Part shown: positions 7,946 through 21,790 of the stretch, piece after piece | Layout of the letters: every line of letters begins with the position of its first letter | Numbering within the stretch: position 1 is the first letter of the stretch | Assembly (NCBI GenBank): GCA_965153285.1 | Contig: OZ229112.1 | Source of the DNA: Podarcis tiliguerta | Lineage: Eukaryota | DNA length: 64,000 nt | Strand: one strand, 5' to 3' | Notes under the pieces: model-generated | The model's database searches: none | What the model saw: the letters and a program-made list of their open reading frames with translations, nothing else | What the model was told of the DNA's origin: nothing | Translations under genes and position numbers: made by a program

Positions 7946-10900
7946 GGACAGGTAAGCCATTTATGTGGGGTTGTGGGGACTGAACCCCCCCCCCAATTTC
8001 ACTGAGGGGGCTGGGGCCCCCTCAATATTCTGCAGCCAGGCAGGCCCTACTGGGCCCTTCCAGAGCTGCAACTCTGTGTTGTCTGAATGGGGCCTTTCAG
8101 ACAGCACAACAGGCCCCATTACGCATCGTCTCTCTCTCTCTCACACACACACTGGGCAGCAGTTGTGTTAGGGAGTGTGTGGGGGTTATTGGTTGTGTTG
8201 GGGAGTGTGAGTGGGATTGTTGGGCTATTCTTGTTTTTTGTTTTTATTGTGCATTTTGTGTTTTTATATTGTGATTTTATGTTCGGAACTGCCCTGAGGC
8301 CTGCGGGTATGGGGCGGTATACAAATGTAACAAATGGCATTGAGTCAAAGCACTGCCCATGACAGCAAACATTAGCTGCAGGCAAACTTTCCTCACAATA
8401 ACCAGGTTGATCATAGCTCAAGCAGACACATAGTTCACCTTTTAATCTGCTATAGTCCCACAACATCAAAATTCTGGAATACTAGGTTATTATTATTATT
8501 ATTAATGCTTATGAAAGGGCTATCCACATGTGCATGCTCATAACTCCAAAATTTACTGGCTGGAGGAACATGAGGGTGTGTAAAGAGTGTGACTCCAGCC
8601 ATGGACATAACCTGCCATGAATGTGGAACAGACAACCCTGCACTCACTTTCTAATAACAGCAACATGTGACCAAAGGTGCAGGCAATCTGCTCCAAATTC
8701 AATCCTAAACACATCAGGCCAAATAGCCACTATGCTACTAGAAATGGTCGGTGTGAGAAGGCCCTGACTCCATCATTTCAGGCACAATGACTTTCCCAGC
8801 CCATGTTGGAGATGTTGGGCCTTGAAACTGGGACCTTCTGCAGCTGCAGCAGGTGCTCCCCCACCTAGTCATAGCCTTGTGCCAAACCCACAGAAAAGTT
8901 TTCATTTAAAAAACAAACAGCAAACAGTAAAAACTAAGAAGTGGAGGAGGTGGGAGAAACTTTGTTAATTAGCACCATTTACGCAGCATGAGCTCCAGCA
9001 GACCAGAAAAGCCCTCAGCACATGGATGTACTGTAGTGTTAGCAGGTTGCTGCCCACATTGGTTAACACTTAGCAAATAACCATCATCATTTATAATAGC
9101 TGCAGAACAAAACGGGGGGAAATAAGGAGAAGCAGAAGGAGTCAAAGAGTATACTCAGCACATATACGGCACACTGCATATACCAATTTCCCATTACAGC
9201 TGCCTCAGGGATACTAAGCTAAGCATGGACAGCTGGTCCTCACCATCTGCGGCTGGTAACTGTACCCAGCGCCCAGGACAGGCAGCGTAGGTGAGGCAGG
9301 GAATAATATAGCTTCTATCAGCATAAAGTAGCTAACACGTCATCAGGACAGAGCAGTAAAAGGTCTGCCTTCCCCAACACGGCTTTTGGAATCAGAAAGC
9401 AACTCGATAGCAATTTGCATCCTGATACAGTTGCCTGGTTACCAGCCATGGGATGCTGGCAATGGTTAGTAATGGGAACACGCTGTCCATTAAGAAGCCA
9501 GATGGGAATGTATAGCATGGCGTCACTCCTTGTTAACTTGGGAGCCACTTTGGCACAGGATGGGAGGGCTCTTCAAGGAAAAAGATAATGGAATAAACCA
9601 TCTCATCCATCAAGCCCTTCATTTCTTCTGCCAACTCTAGACTTGACTCTAAGACACTCAGTTTTTGATTTGTTTTCACTGGAGCCACAAACCTTAAGCT
9701 TCCATTCTTCTTTTCCACATTATATGCATTTGGAAAGGTCTGCCTTGTCAAAGGTGCAGAAGAAAATTCCGCTGGACCCTGATTTGGACCCATAAATACC
9801 ACAGGCACAACCTTATGCGAATGTCTGGCGCTCAAGTCTTCTGATGAGATGGATGACACTTGCTCCAGAGCTCTTGGCTGGAAGGCTTGGGCAGGAGTAG
9901 TCCTAGTGACTTGGGTGGAATCTACTCACATATTAAAAAATGCTGTGAAAATCCTTTTCCTAAAAAACGTTTTGAAAAATACATTGAATTTGGCATAGCT
10001 CACTGTCGCCATCTAGTGTCACTTTTGTAAATTGCACTTTACAACACATTTAAAACATTTTATTTGCAGCTCAGTGCTTGTAAGGACTATGGAAGGTTTT
10101 GAGGTGAACCATAATTACGAAGCTAGCTATGACATTTGCTGATCCCTGCACTCAGCTCTAGGTTATGATTACAAATTCTCAATTCCGTTAAGAAAAAACA
10201 CACTGCACTTGCACTTGCACAGCAGCCTACATATGCATCCGTTTCCCCCAGCTATAGCCCTCATCTACATTTGGCTGACTTTCTTTGACAACCTGATGAG
10301 AGAATCATAAGTATGTAGCTCATACACAGGGCAGCTTGCTTTGCGCAAACCCTTGCCATCTATTTGATTGGAGAGTGCTCAATTTGCATACTTTCCTGGT
10401 GCTCAGCAGCATCCTGTGCATGGGATAATCAGGCCCCTAAGGCTAAATTGTCAATCTGAAAACATCATGTTTTCTTACACTGTCTTGAAATTTCCTTGTT
10501 ACACATTGGGAGTGGTGGGGAAACAGATGCCTTCACCAATCAACATAAACACACTTGATATGAAATTCTGATGAGTGTTTCATCTTTTATTGGATGCTTC
10601 AGGGATGCACTCAGGAAAGAAAAAATACACATTTCTGGGCATCCTGACTGCATTAGATGGTGATGAATGGGATGGAAGGAGAAGACAGCTTGGGGCCAGA
10701 TTATCTCCAAAACCACCTTTTCCACGATTGTTCACCCAGATCACTTCAAACTATGGGTGGGGCCCTCCTGACTCTATTTCAAAGGAGAACATTTTCTGAA
10801 AGTGGTGGGAACTGGATCTGGCCAGTGGACCCATTATGACAGCTGGGTGGCGCTGCCAATCTGTCAGTCACCTGATGCCTCCTCCCTCTTTGCAAAGCTG

Positions 10901-11067
10901 AGCACTTTGCAAAGCTGGCACAACAGAAACCCTTTTAGCTGGGCAAATTAGCAAGACAGTGCCTTTGGAATGAGCTTCTGAATTCCCAACAATCAGCTGG
11001 TTGGTGGGTCTTCTGAAGCCCCTTTCAAATCCCCTGCAATGGCAGAAACATTATTATTATCATCTTA

Positions 11068-11290
11068 GCCAGCATGGTGTAGTAGTTAAGAGTGGTGGAC
11101 TCGTAATCTGGTGAACCGGGTTCGCGTCTCCGCTCCTCCACATGCAGCTGCTGGGTCATTCACACTTCTCTGAAGTCTCTCAGCCTCACTCACCTCACAG
11201 AGTGTTTGTTGTGGGGAGGAAGGGAAAAGGAGATTGTTAGCCGCTTTGAGACTCCTTAAGGGGAGTGAAAGGCAGGATACCAAGTCCAAA
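11068..11290 (+). mobile_element. tRNA-derived SINE with CORE-like body and L2-type tail (Squam3-like)
   Basis: A-box (tggtgtagtagttaag), B-box (gggttcgcgtctcc), cagcctcactcacctcacagagtgtttgttgtgggg, and an L2-like end gccgctttgagactcc. Confidence 0.8.
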
Positions 11291-14200
11291 CTCCTCCTCC
11301 TATTCTCATACATTCCAAATTATGACAAATTAGGTGAATGAATATGGCCCCCAAGAAGTGTGTGCATAGCACCCTACAGACCATAAATCCACCACTGTCT
11401 GGCATTTTTGCAGCCTCCCTAGATGCCTTCACATCATGATCAGAAAAGGCCCCCTGAGATGAGTTATGATGTCTTCCCGTAGTGCAGAAGATTGGTGGTC
11501 AGCAAGTCTTACTGAGGACAATGGGGCTGACTCTCTAGTAAGCGTGCTTGGGATTGCACTGCCCACTGCTTCGTCACTAATCTGAAGGCAATCAAGTGAG
11601 GTCACTGGAGCCAATAAACAAATACCAACAACTTACTCATTTGGGGCTCCACCTTTCAACTCTGGCATGAGGTGTGATGTTTGTCTCGCTATGGGTGAGA
11701 CGGCAAGTGGATGCTCCAAAGTGGCTTCCACAGAACAGTCTGAAATATTCATTAAGAATACCAATGAAAGCAAACTTTAAAAGCAAGTTGACAAAAAATG
11801 CTATCAAAAGATCAATATCAAAACATATCTAGATCAACAGTTTTGAAAATATTATTCTTAATAAAATTTGATTAGAATTGCAGGTCTTGATGAAACAATT
11901 TTTTTTAGCAGGCGCAGTGAAAGCACCGGCCTAATATTAATTGGCAGGGAGGTCGAGAGAGCGCTTGCTGCCACACCGATGGATCAATTCCTTGCATGGG
12001 TGGAGTGAACATTTTGTATCACTTGTAAAAATGCAGTTCTGCAGATCAAAGCAGCCGAGTGGGCACATATGGGTTAAAGCAATCCTTCAAGGGAACTGTT
12101 GCAGTTCATTGTGAATGGTAAGATTTGCTACCATCACTCTACTTGACATAATTTAAACAATCCCTAAAGGCCACTTCTGGAGAGTAAATTGGGGGCACAT
12201 GATTCTAAGTGTATAATTTGTCAGAGTACCTGCAGTGTATAGAAGGAAAGAAGTGCCTTATCCAGTCCTTACAGGAAGCAAAATGTCTCAGGATACATAG
12301 CCTGATGTGCAGTAGTTCCTTGGTAATTCTCCCAAACAGTCACATAGCCAAGAGAGAATCTAGGACAGTGGTAAAGAGACGCTTACAAAAACAGGCAGGA
12401 CAAAGGAACTCTGCAATCTCATTCCTCCAAACATGCTGCGCTAAACTTAACTGCTGACAATCAGCCTGGACCTCGCTGATATGCACAATAGTATATGCAG
12501 TTCCAATGAATCAGAGAGAAAAGGATTCATCTTCATCACAGATCAAGCCTCTTGTTATAAAATATATTGTTATTTGAAGCTCCCACAATTCAGATAAAAT
12601 TATATACTACATGCTTGAAATGACATCTGGAGAAGGATTGTTGGAGCAAAGTGAAAAATCTTGTGATGCAAAGCAGGTGGTGTTACAGGCTGCAAAGGTA
12701 TGGTATGGTATCTCACATCAAAGCGTGCAAAGCAAATCTCAGTCTTCTGAAATTGGGAAGGTGTCAATTTAATTTTAAAGCTTCTCTTCTGGATTTGTCC
12801 TTAATGCTTCACAAGAGCAGGTGACAGAACTGTCCACAGTTATTCTATAATAAACTCTACAATACACAAGAGGCAGAAAATTCATTAAGCAGTTGGAGGG
12901 AAGTTTGGGGTCCACAGATTTATGGGATTCATTTGGGTGCCATCATGTGATCCCTTCCAACTTAGCAGTTCTTGATTCCTATCAGTGCAGTCTGCCTAAG
13001 GGAAATTAGTCAAAACTAAGAGTCCTAGTGAAGTGCCCAGTATCTTCTCTCTTTATGATTGCTAGCTAGGTTCAAGCTGTGACCAAGTGACATTTTGAGC
13101 TAGTGGGTGTGGATTATTTGGCAATCATCATCAACTCAACAACACCACTGCCTGATACTGTTAATGCTCATGATGGGAAGCACAGGTTTCATCACAATTC
13201 CAAGGTTTCAGACTGGGATTTTCCAAGTTGCAGATGCTGCCTATTAAACCTGAGGCCTTCCTGAAAAGATAGCACAGAGACTGGCCTTCAGCAGGCCTTG
13301 CCCGCATTGCTTAAGGGTTTTTGCCAGTATAAGTTCTACCTAAAAAGTTGTTTGAACAAAAAAGAGAACTAAGGCTCTAAGACATCTAATGAATAAATAC
13401 CATTCCAGAGTAGATGTCAGGGACCACATTTCACTACACCAGCAAGGGCATGCAAGAGAGAGTGGGGGACGAAGCGGTATGTCACTGAGTATGTCTGTAA
13501 ACACAATGGTCGCAGGCTGTGATTAACATTCAGATGCTAATGCACTGTCACCAAGCTGGAACTCATTTGAAGTCTGAACTTTTCCTCAGCTGATGCTTTC
13601 AGTTAATGTATATGCTGTAATCTGTACACATAAATGAAAATCAATAAGGAGTTAATGGAAAGAAAATGCCTTGGGGAACTCTGGGTACCACATAGAGGAT
13701 TCTTACAGGGAAGCAAAACAAATAGTTGAAGTAAATGGATAAAAGGAGTGGATTGTTTTGCAGAAGAAGCTGATCAAGAACTGGCAAAGTCCTTTATATG
13801 ATGCTTATCTTGGACATACTGCAGACAAGCTTCTGATGGGTTTAATGTGTTTTCACTCTATCAGGGTTATAAAAGAGAGCCTCTATCCAGAGAAAATGTG
13901 TGAGAAACATCCAAGCTGGAATGACTCACCTCTTTACAACAAAAGGTCTATAGATCTTACCTTTATCAGAGTTACAGAAAACAAATTTTCAAGGAACTGG
14001 GCATCGCACATGATGGATGTAATGAACTACACGATACATTTTCACTGAAAGGACATTGCAATTTCCTCTCTGGGCTCCATATTGTAAAAGCACTTGATAT
14101 TAATTTTCAGAAAGCAAAAAGAATGTTTGTCTGAACCATTTCCCACAAAATCTCTCAGACTAATAGTTTCTGCAAGTGTTGTTAGATTGTACAAAAACTA

Positions 14201-15700
14201 AAGTGCAGCAAGAAACTTACTTAGCTACCTTTCCCACTGCACCATAATTTACTAAAGTGTTTCCTTCTGGTTTCTGTGAATGCATGTAGGACAGCAGATC
14301 AAATCCAACTGATGTTGACGATATAAAATTATACATTAAATAATAAGAGGGTGTTGTTGTTTTTTACAACAAGTTTTTATTCTACTTGATAGGATGCCTG
14401 AAGGCCTAACTGCATGTTATGTGCATATGTAAGTAATAAAAAAGGCAGATGATTGATTTTTCTAAGTAAAAGCAGTTTTAGGATGGATGGACAATTTGGA
14501 ATGAAGGACAATTTGGAGTGAAGAAACTGTGAGTTCTGGGGGTGGGGAGTGGTATTTAACCCTTTCGCTATCCCACTGCTTCTGGATCCTGTCTTACAGT
14601 TGCTTTTCTCTCCATTCCATGAAGATTCAGATGATATCTTTGGGCCAATCCTGCACATCACATGGTGCAGAGTACCGTTGTCCTGTCTACCCATCTGTGC
14701 CAAAATATTCCCAGTTTCTAAAAGTGGCCAAAAGTGCCTTTTCCGAGAGTCAGGTACTGTACACAAAGCCTAAAGTGTTACCCAGAATTTAAACAAACTT
14801 TCCTCATACTTCAGCCTAATACATTTCGTCAAGAAAGAATGTGTGGCCTTTCACCATTTCTTCCTTAGAACCTTCTACTAGTGCTAAATCCTTGCGCCAA
14901 ATTGCTTTACAGAAGGTTCCGACCTTCCTGTTTCCGCTAATTAACTCAGCTTAATTAAAAGCAAATTCTCAGTCACCTCTTCTTGGACTGCAGAAAGTGC
15001 CTCAGGCAGAATACCTTTGAGGAATGATCCCCTTTTTTATCTCTTTCCTTCCACGGCAATCCCAATTAAAAGAATACTTTAATAACTTTCATTTCCAAGG
15101 AAGTCTCTTGGCATCAAGAAAATTCTCAGGAGGCAAGAGTGGAACCAAAAAAAAAATGGTGGGGGCTGAGGCAGCATATGTTCCTGTAAGGCATATAGAT
15201 AATCAGCTTCTGGAACATGGGGAGCAAGGGGAAACTCTGACACACCAAGTTTTCTTATCCTTGATCAGGAATTCAGGACTTGCTCATCTGAACTTTACAA
15301 GGGCCATGAAATATATGTACGTTACATAATGAAAGTGACGTCAAATGACAATGACTCGCATGACTGAATCAATAGATCTCACACTACACACAAAACTTTT
15401 ATATTAGCTCAAACCCTAGTCAGTGGACTCTGATTTATCCATCTTCTTGTAACTGCAACTCATTCATTATTGCACTGGCAGAGGAATAGGGGTGTGGGGG
15501 GAGCGCACTGCCCCTGGCAGTGCGATCCCGGTAGGGTACCATTGCGACTGCCCCCTGCCCACGCTGGGCGGCGCACCCCGCCTCCAGGATGCATGCCACG
15601 CCCCTGCCTGCTCTCCGCCCCCTGGTGACAGAGCATGAAGCTCTGCCACTGCATTAATGTTCATAGTTCACATCAGATGTTTGACTTGCACTGTGACTTA

Positions 15701-15815
15701 GGGATAGCTCAGTTCATAGAGCATGAGATTCTCAATCCAAGGGTTCCGAGCCCCATGTTGGGCAGAAAGATTCCCGCATTGCAAGGGGTCCCTTCTAACT
15801 CTGTGATTCTATGAT
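15701..15815 (+). mobile_element. tRNA(Lys)-derived SINE with CR1 tail
   Basis: gggatagctcagttcatagagcatgagattctc...gagccccatgttgggc, then tcccttctaactctgtgattctatgatt. Confidence 0.8.
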
Positions 15816-16707
15816 TACAATGTACATTTAAAGCACATTCAGCACACATTTAAAGTTCACGAATCCTCAGGACTATAGATTCCCCTTCACAGAGACACAG
15901 TTGCAAGCACCTTTAACAAAATATGTTCCCAGGATTCTTTTCAGGGATACCATGTGCTTTAAATGTTCTTTGAAGGTTTTGTGTGAATCTGCCCTCTGTG
16001 CATTTATGTGCCAGATTACTTTCATCATGGTGCTCATATGTTGCTTAGGGTCAGTAAAGTGGTTGTGTCCTATGGCATCCTGCCACCCAAAGTTCCTCCT
16101 ACTCAGCCCACCAAAGATTGGCAGGGGGCAAAAACCAAGATCAAAAGGCTAAGAGGAGAGGAAAGGAGCCTAAGGCCCAGAAAGTGGAGATGAACATTGC
16201 TCCTTGCATTTCAACAGTTATCCAGCACTTGAATAGGAAAACTGTATGTCCCATTAAATTTGTTTTTCAGAGAGGACAAATTGTTCAAAAAGGCAACCCT
16301 GGCCTGAAAAGGGCAAGAAAGTGAACAAAATAGTGGAACGTGACGGAAGGCATGTATAAGCACAAGATTTCCATATAGATGGAAGTTGCATTCCCAGGGG
16401 TTCACAAAAATCTCAGATCAAACACAGGGCTTGCATGCAACTGAGTGAGGGGACAGGAAATAAAGATATTCATCCAATAAAGAGATGAAGAATAAATGTC
16501 AATGGGAATCCACGATAAGGTTTTCCTGTCACTGATGTGTGTCTTCCCATCTCCACGTACAATCTGACCTTGCTATTGCATGCTGCCGCCTCTTTCTCCT
16601 TGAGATATAGAATATGTAATGCGAGAGTTGTTTAACTTCCAGAGCTCTTCTAACAATAAGTTGCATACACAGCATCATCTGCTCACGTTCCCCATCACTT
16701 GAGTTAG

Positions 16708-16837
16708 GATCATAGAATTACAGAGTTGGAAGGGACCACGAGGGCCATCTAGTCCAACCCCCTGCAATGGAGGAATCTTTTGCCTAATGTGGGGTTCGAA
16801 CCCATGACTCTGTGATTATGCTCTACTGATTCAGCTA
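16708..16837 (-). mobile_element. tRNA(Lys)-derived SINE with CR1 tail
   Basis: Same family as 5036-5175 (gagttggaagggaccacgagggccatctagtccaaccccctgcaatg...ggggttcgaacccatgac). Confidence 0.8.
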
Positions 16838-16925
16838 AATTGTCTGTAAAGGTTTCAAATCCAGACAGCAAGACTTTCTATCCAAATCCTATCCTGATCA
16901 AGGGGCATAAAGATTTGGAACTGTG

Positions 16926-17326
16926 TGTCACGGTCCGGTTGACGGGTGTGTCACGGTGATCGTTGACGGGTGATCGAAGTCCCAGCAGGGGACGTCGGGA
17001 CCGGGGGCAAGATGGCGGAGCAGGAACGGGAGTCCAGAAGCCAGGAGTCAGAAAGCCAAGAGTCCAAGGGTCAGAAAACCAGGAGTCAAGAAGCCAAGGG
17101 TCCAAGGGTCAGGAAGCAAGGCAGGGAATGTGTTGCTGTGGCAAAGAGACGAAGGGAAAATACTGACCTTATATCCCTTCCCAGCTCTTGCCACCAGGTG
17201 CTGTGAGTTACCAATCGGCCTCACCTGTGTGGCTACTCCTTGCCTCTTCAGAACAAACTTAGGAAGGCCCCAGTCCTGCAGAGTCCTATTGGTCACAAGG
17301 CCTGGCTCCTGCACACAGGCCTGACA
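16926..17326 (-). mobile_element. Solo LTR (Gypsy-like), 401 bp
   Basis: Termini TGTCA...TGACA with a perfect 5-bp TSD ctgtg (16921-16925 and 17327-17331). TATA-like ATATAA on the - strand at ~17169-17174. Internal short tandem repeats. Confidence 0.85.
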
Positions 17327-20087
17327 CTGTGCTTGAGTCAACCAGTTTTGGACAGAAATATTTGATAAAATGTCTGGAATAAGCAGTCAGTACCTTGAAT
17401 CAGATTCAGCCTTGGCTTTCTTGTTGATGGAAAGCTCTCTGAATTATTATGCTGTGCATAAACATTTGGTCTCAGTGCTCCTACCAGCAACACACGTGGA
17501 GATTTCAAGACATTGGAAGACACCGGGTTGTAAGTGTTGTTTTACATTGTGGGTTGTATTGACAGAATGTGTGGAACTGCCCTCTCTGAGTATTTAACAC
17601 AACATAGCCAGCTAGTTAGGGGTTCAACGAAACACGAAAGCTTTTATAAGGTTTGGTTTCCATTTATTAATGTTGTAAATAGTGTGTTTTGTACTGCTTT
17701 TACTGGGTTTTTTATGTTTTTCTATTGCTGTATACCACATTGATATTTTATGAGAGGGCACTATATAAAAACTTTTATAAATACATAGAAACATGCAGTT
17801 CTCTTATCCAGTGGCTTCTCATGCCACACTGTCGCATAGGCACTTGCTTGATAATTGAGTCTTAGGGATTGTACATTGTGCACCAGTCTGTTCTGCTGTT
17901 CAAGCCAATGCTTGGTCTGTCTTGGGATGGGTATCCATGCTTGTAAAAGAGGTTTTGCTCTTCATGTAAGTTCTTGTTTGTACTTGTTTCATTGGATATG
18001 TATTTGCTTTCTTGAAAACTAATGAAACTAAAAAGGAAAAGGAAAAAAAAAAAAGACTTGCCCCTCTTACCCTTCATTGCTCAGCAAAATTACAGTAGAG
18101 AAAAGAAGCAATAACTGTTAATTCCACCTTGGACAATATGGCAATAAGGGCATTTTCACACATTAACCTCTTCCCCTTTGTGTTCTTTGTATGCATGGAT
18201 GGATGCTGTTAATCTGGGATAAAAACTATTGGCACATTCTAGCCAAGGTAATTTTTAGATTTGCATTCCAGATGAGGGAAATCAAAAACAAACAAACAAG
18301 AAATATCCTTGATCTTGTATCCTCATACAATGCTCCTGCACAATGCAGATTTGAATGATATTCATTCTTCTTCCATTCATACATACTTCCCTTATGTTAC
18401 CATGCCATAGGGAATAGAAACATGGGTTTAAAAGGCAGCTAAATAATAAAATAAATGAACAATTCTCTTGGTGACATACAAAATACTGATAACACTGAAC
18501 TGAGTGGGATATTTTTCTGATTCAGTATAAAGTAGTTCCTTGAACCACTGGTATGTTAACAATAAACAGCACTGGGATTATGACCTCTGCTGATCTTGGA
18601 TTTTCTGATACTTTAAAAAATGTGACACATAAAAGGAACATTGCTTGTTGCCTGTTTCATTTTCTATCTCTTAACAAAATAAAAATAAAAAATAACAAGA
18701 GCAATTGAATGAATTGTGAAATTTGTCTAACAAGGTCATTTATTTTTTTAAATGACATAAAAAGAGGGAAAATACTAGGGAGAAAGGTGAGGGGGAGAAG
18801 GAAGAACAGAAAAGAAGAAAATGAGAACGACAAGTGTACAAATAAAATCTGACCTCATATTTCAGGTGGGACTTAAGGGGGTTTCTGTGTCTGAGGAGAA
18901 TTGAGGGTTGTTGCCTTATGCTTGCATCTAGGACTCTCAACTTTCATATTGATGAAGTAAGCTTGGCCTGGCACTATGTAAAGGAGAAAATGGGATACTG
19001 TGCTTCAGGAAAGGAAGCAAGTATGTGAATCAGTTCACTATTCAGGGCTTGACCTCTTCAGCTGCAGCTCCTCTGTATTTCTCTCTCTCTCTCTCTCCAC
19101 ACTTTCCCCTCTGACCTTAGCTCCTGCATCCACAGCACAGGTCTGCCCCCAAGGTGCACAGCAGACAAGCCAGTCTAGTTGGTTGCTTGGAAAATAGACC
19201 AACCCTCTCCATTTTCTTTATCAGTTAGCCTTGACTATGATCGCAGCCTTTTTGTTTTGCCTGTTTTGGGAGGATCAGGAGCTCAGGTGTTCTTTGGGGG
19301 GGGGCCTTTAGACTTTAGGTGCCTCTGTTTTCTTCTCTCATCCCTGTTTAAGTGACTTAAAAGTTGCTCTGCATCATTAGCATAGTTTGCAATATTGTTA
19401 GACAAGACTGCACTGGTCTGAAGCCAGTACTGATAGAGGATTGTGTCCTTGCATGTTTTAAACAACTCACTGTGGATGAATTATTATGTGTGTCTAAACA
19501 CTTTCTTAAAAAAAAATCAGTTCTCTTAATATTCATAGCAGCTAGTCTAACAGCAATCATTTTCATTTCTTACAAGCCAGGAAACCTGGTTAAGCCATTG
19601 GGCAGTTTTGTGTGCATACACCGTCCCTAAAGAACACAAGTATGGACACATAGTCCTATCAACTGTGCTCTTTTGTCTCTGCAGTTTTATTGGTTAAGGC
19701 ATCAAATCCATTTAACATGACTGAATGTGAACTGAAACTTTTATATTTAAAATTGTCATCAGAACCATATTTATACAGCTATCATGAAGTCATCAATATT
19801 GCTATAGCAACTTTATAGAAATATTAAGAGGGAGCATCTATTTTGTAAGTCAGTTAAATCATCTCATTGCATTTACGAAGGCAAGACATTTAATAAGGTG
19901 CTGAAGCTTTAGTCTTCCAAATAACACAGATGTGTAGTGCAGGTGGCATCAAGGTAGACATACAAATATTCAAAGTTATAGTAATCATGGTTTGTAGAAG
20001 CTGCCAGCATTTGAGCTTTAGAACTAAAGATGTCTGTGGGGAAGAAACATGTAAACTAACAGCACAATCCTATTATCCAGTTGTTGT

Positions 20088-21178
20088 CTTCTTCTTCTTT
20101 GGTGATCACTCGTAGTCGAGTAAGATTTTCTTCCATAAACATGGTTTTAAAAATGAGTCTGTAAGTGACTTTGAAGGCCGATTCTGGACCCACATGTCCT
20201 TCCACAGTGGGGACATTGGTTTCTGGGCGGGAGTTGACCACGATGTGGATTTGCCAAGCGTGCCTTCCTCTTAACGCGTTTCTCCCTTGCGTCCTGAGTT
20301 TGAGTGTCTTCAAAGCCCATAACACCTTTGGTAAAGGCTGTTCTCCAACTGGAGCACTCACAGGCCAGTGTTTCCCAGCTGTCAGTGTTTATACTACCTT
20401 TTTTTAGATTTGCCTTGAGACAGTCTTTAAACCGCTTTTGTTGACCACCAGCATTACGCTTTCCATTTTAAAGTTTGGAATAGAGTAGTTGCTTTGGAAG
20501 ACTATCATCAGGCATCCGCACAACATGGCTAGTCCAACGAAGTTGATGTTGAAGAATCATTGCTTCAACACTGGTGATCTTTGCTTCTTCCAGTACAATG
20601 ATATTAGTTCGCCTGTCTTCCCAAGTGATGTGTAAAAATTTTAGGAGACACCATTGATAGAATCTTTCAAGGAGTTGGAGATGGTGTTTATAAGTGGTCC
20701 ATGTTTCACAAACATATAGTAAGGTTGGTAGTACAATAGGTTTGCAAACAAGCATTTTGGTTTCCCTGCGAATGTCCCGGTCCTCAAATACTGTGCACTT
20801 CAATTGGGAGAAAGCTGCACTTGCAGAGCTCAACCGATGCTGGATTTCAGCATCAATGTTGGCCCTTGTGGAAAGATAACTGCCTAGGTAGGAAAAGTGA
20901 TTGACATTTTCCAACGTTACACCATTGAGTTGGATTTGTGTCACTGCAGAGGGGTTATTTTGTATTTGTTGGTGCAGCACTTTGGTTTTTTGGAGGTTGA
21001 GTGATAGGCCAAGCTTTTCATAAGCTTTTGCAAAGATATTTAGGATGGTTTGGAGGTCATCCTCTGCGCGTGTGCACACTACGTTGTCATCAGCATACTG
21101 AATCTCTATGATGGAAGTTATGGTAAGCTTACTCTTTGCTTTCAGCCTGCTCAGATTGAAGAGCTTTCCATCTGTTCC
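20088..21178 (-). mobile_element. RTE-clade LINE, 5'-truncated 3' portion (RT C-terminal part)
   Basis: QYADD motif at ~21086-21100. ORF 20468-21079 (FSYLGS...LPTLLY-CETWT...LRWTSHVVRM). C-terminal CPHCGRTCGSRIGLQSHL and a (GAA)n tail at ~20088-20099. Confidence 0.9.
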
Positions 21179-21790
21179 TCAGATACACTGAAACAGAAGT
21201 CACCAGACCATTATATATAGTGGGAGGGTGGGGTGGGATTTTTCAGGAGGGTAGTAGGAGATGGGTGATTGACTCAATGGGTATTGTAAACCTGTTGACG
21301 ACTGTTAATGACTGCAACTAGTCCTACAGGAAAAAGCAAGGGATAGTTTGCAGATGATTAGCATATGTAATGAGACAGGAATCCAATATCTTTATTAAGA
21401 CCAGGTCTCTCGATAGTTTTCAGTTTAGTGATAAGTTGTAATTCAGCAACTTCTCTTCCAAGTCTATTTCTGAAATTCTTTTGTAATAAGACAGCTGCTT
21501 TGAGATCCTGTATTCAATGTCCTGGGAGACTGAAGTGTTCTCCTACTGGCTTCTCTGCGTTGTGATATCCTTTGGCGTAGGGTTTGGCCTATAGAGAGCT
21601 GAAGGGCACTGCTGGCAGTTGATGGCATACACAATGTTAGAAGATAAGAAATTAAATAGGCCTGGGATGTATATTTGGTATATTTGATGTTGTTGGGTCC
21701 AGTGATGGTGTTGTCTGGGTGTATGTGGCAGCAAAGTTGGCATCTGGGTTTATTGCAGGCTCTGGTATTTATTGCAGGCTCTGAATCTAG
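21179..21790 (-). mobile_element. Penelope-like element 3' fragment (degenerate GIY-YIG endonuclease plus pLTR part)
   Basis: Frameshifted CNKPRCQLCCHI...SSNIVYAINCQQCPSALY-GQT-LRQRI...ELQLITKLKTIERPGLNKDIGFLSHY, typical of Penelope/Poseidon endonuclease C-termini. Confidence 0.85.

Noticed and set aside
17030-17120. Short tandem repeats resembling a CRISPR-like array
   Set aside because: There are no unique spacers. They are internal repeats of an LTR in a vertebrate genome.
21170-21190. Hammerhead ribozyme
   Set aside because: Only the CTGAGGA half-core remains. The Penelope stem II/GAAA/stem III part is missing.
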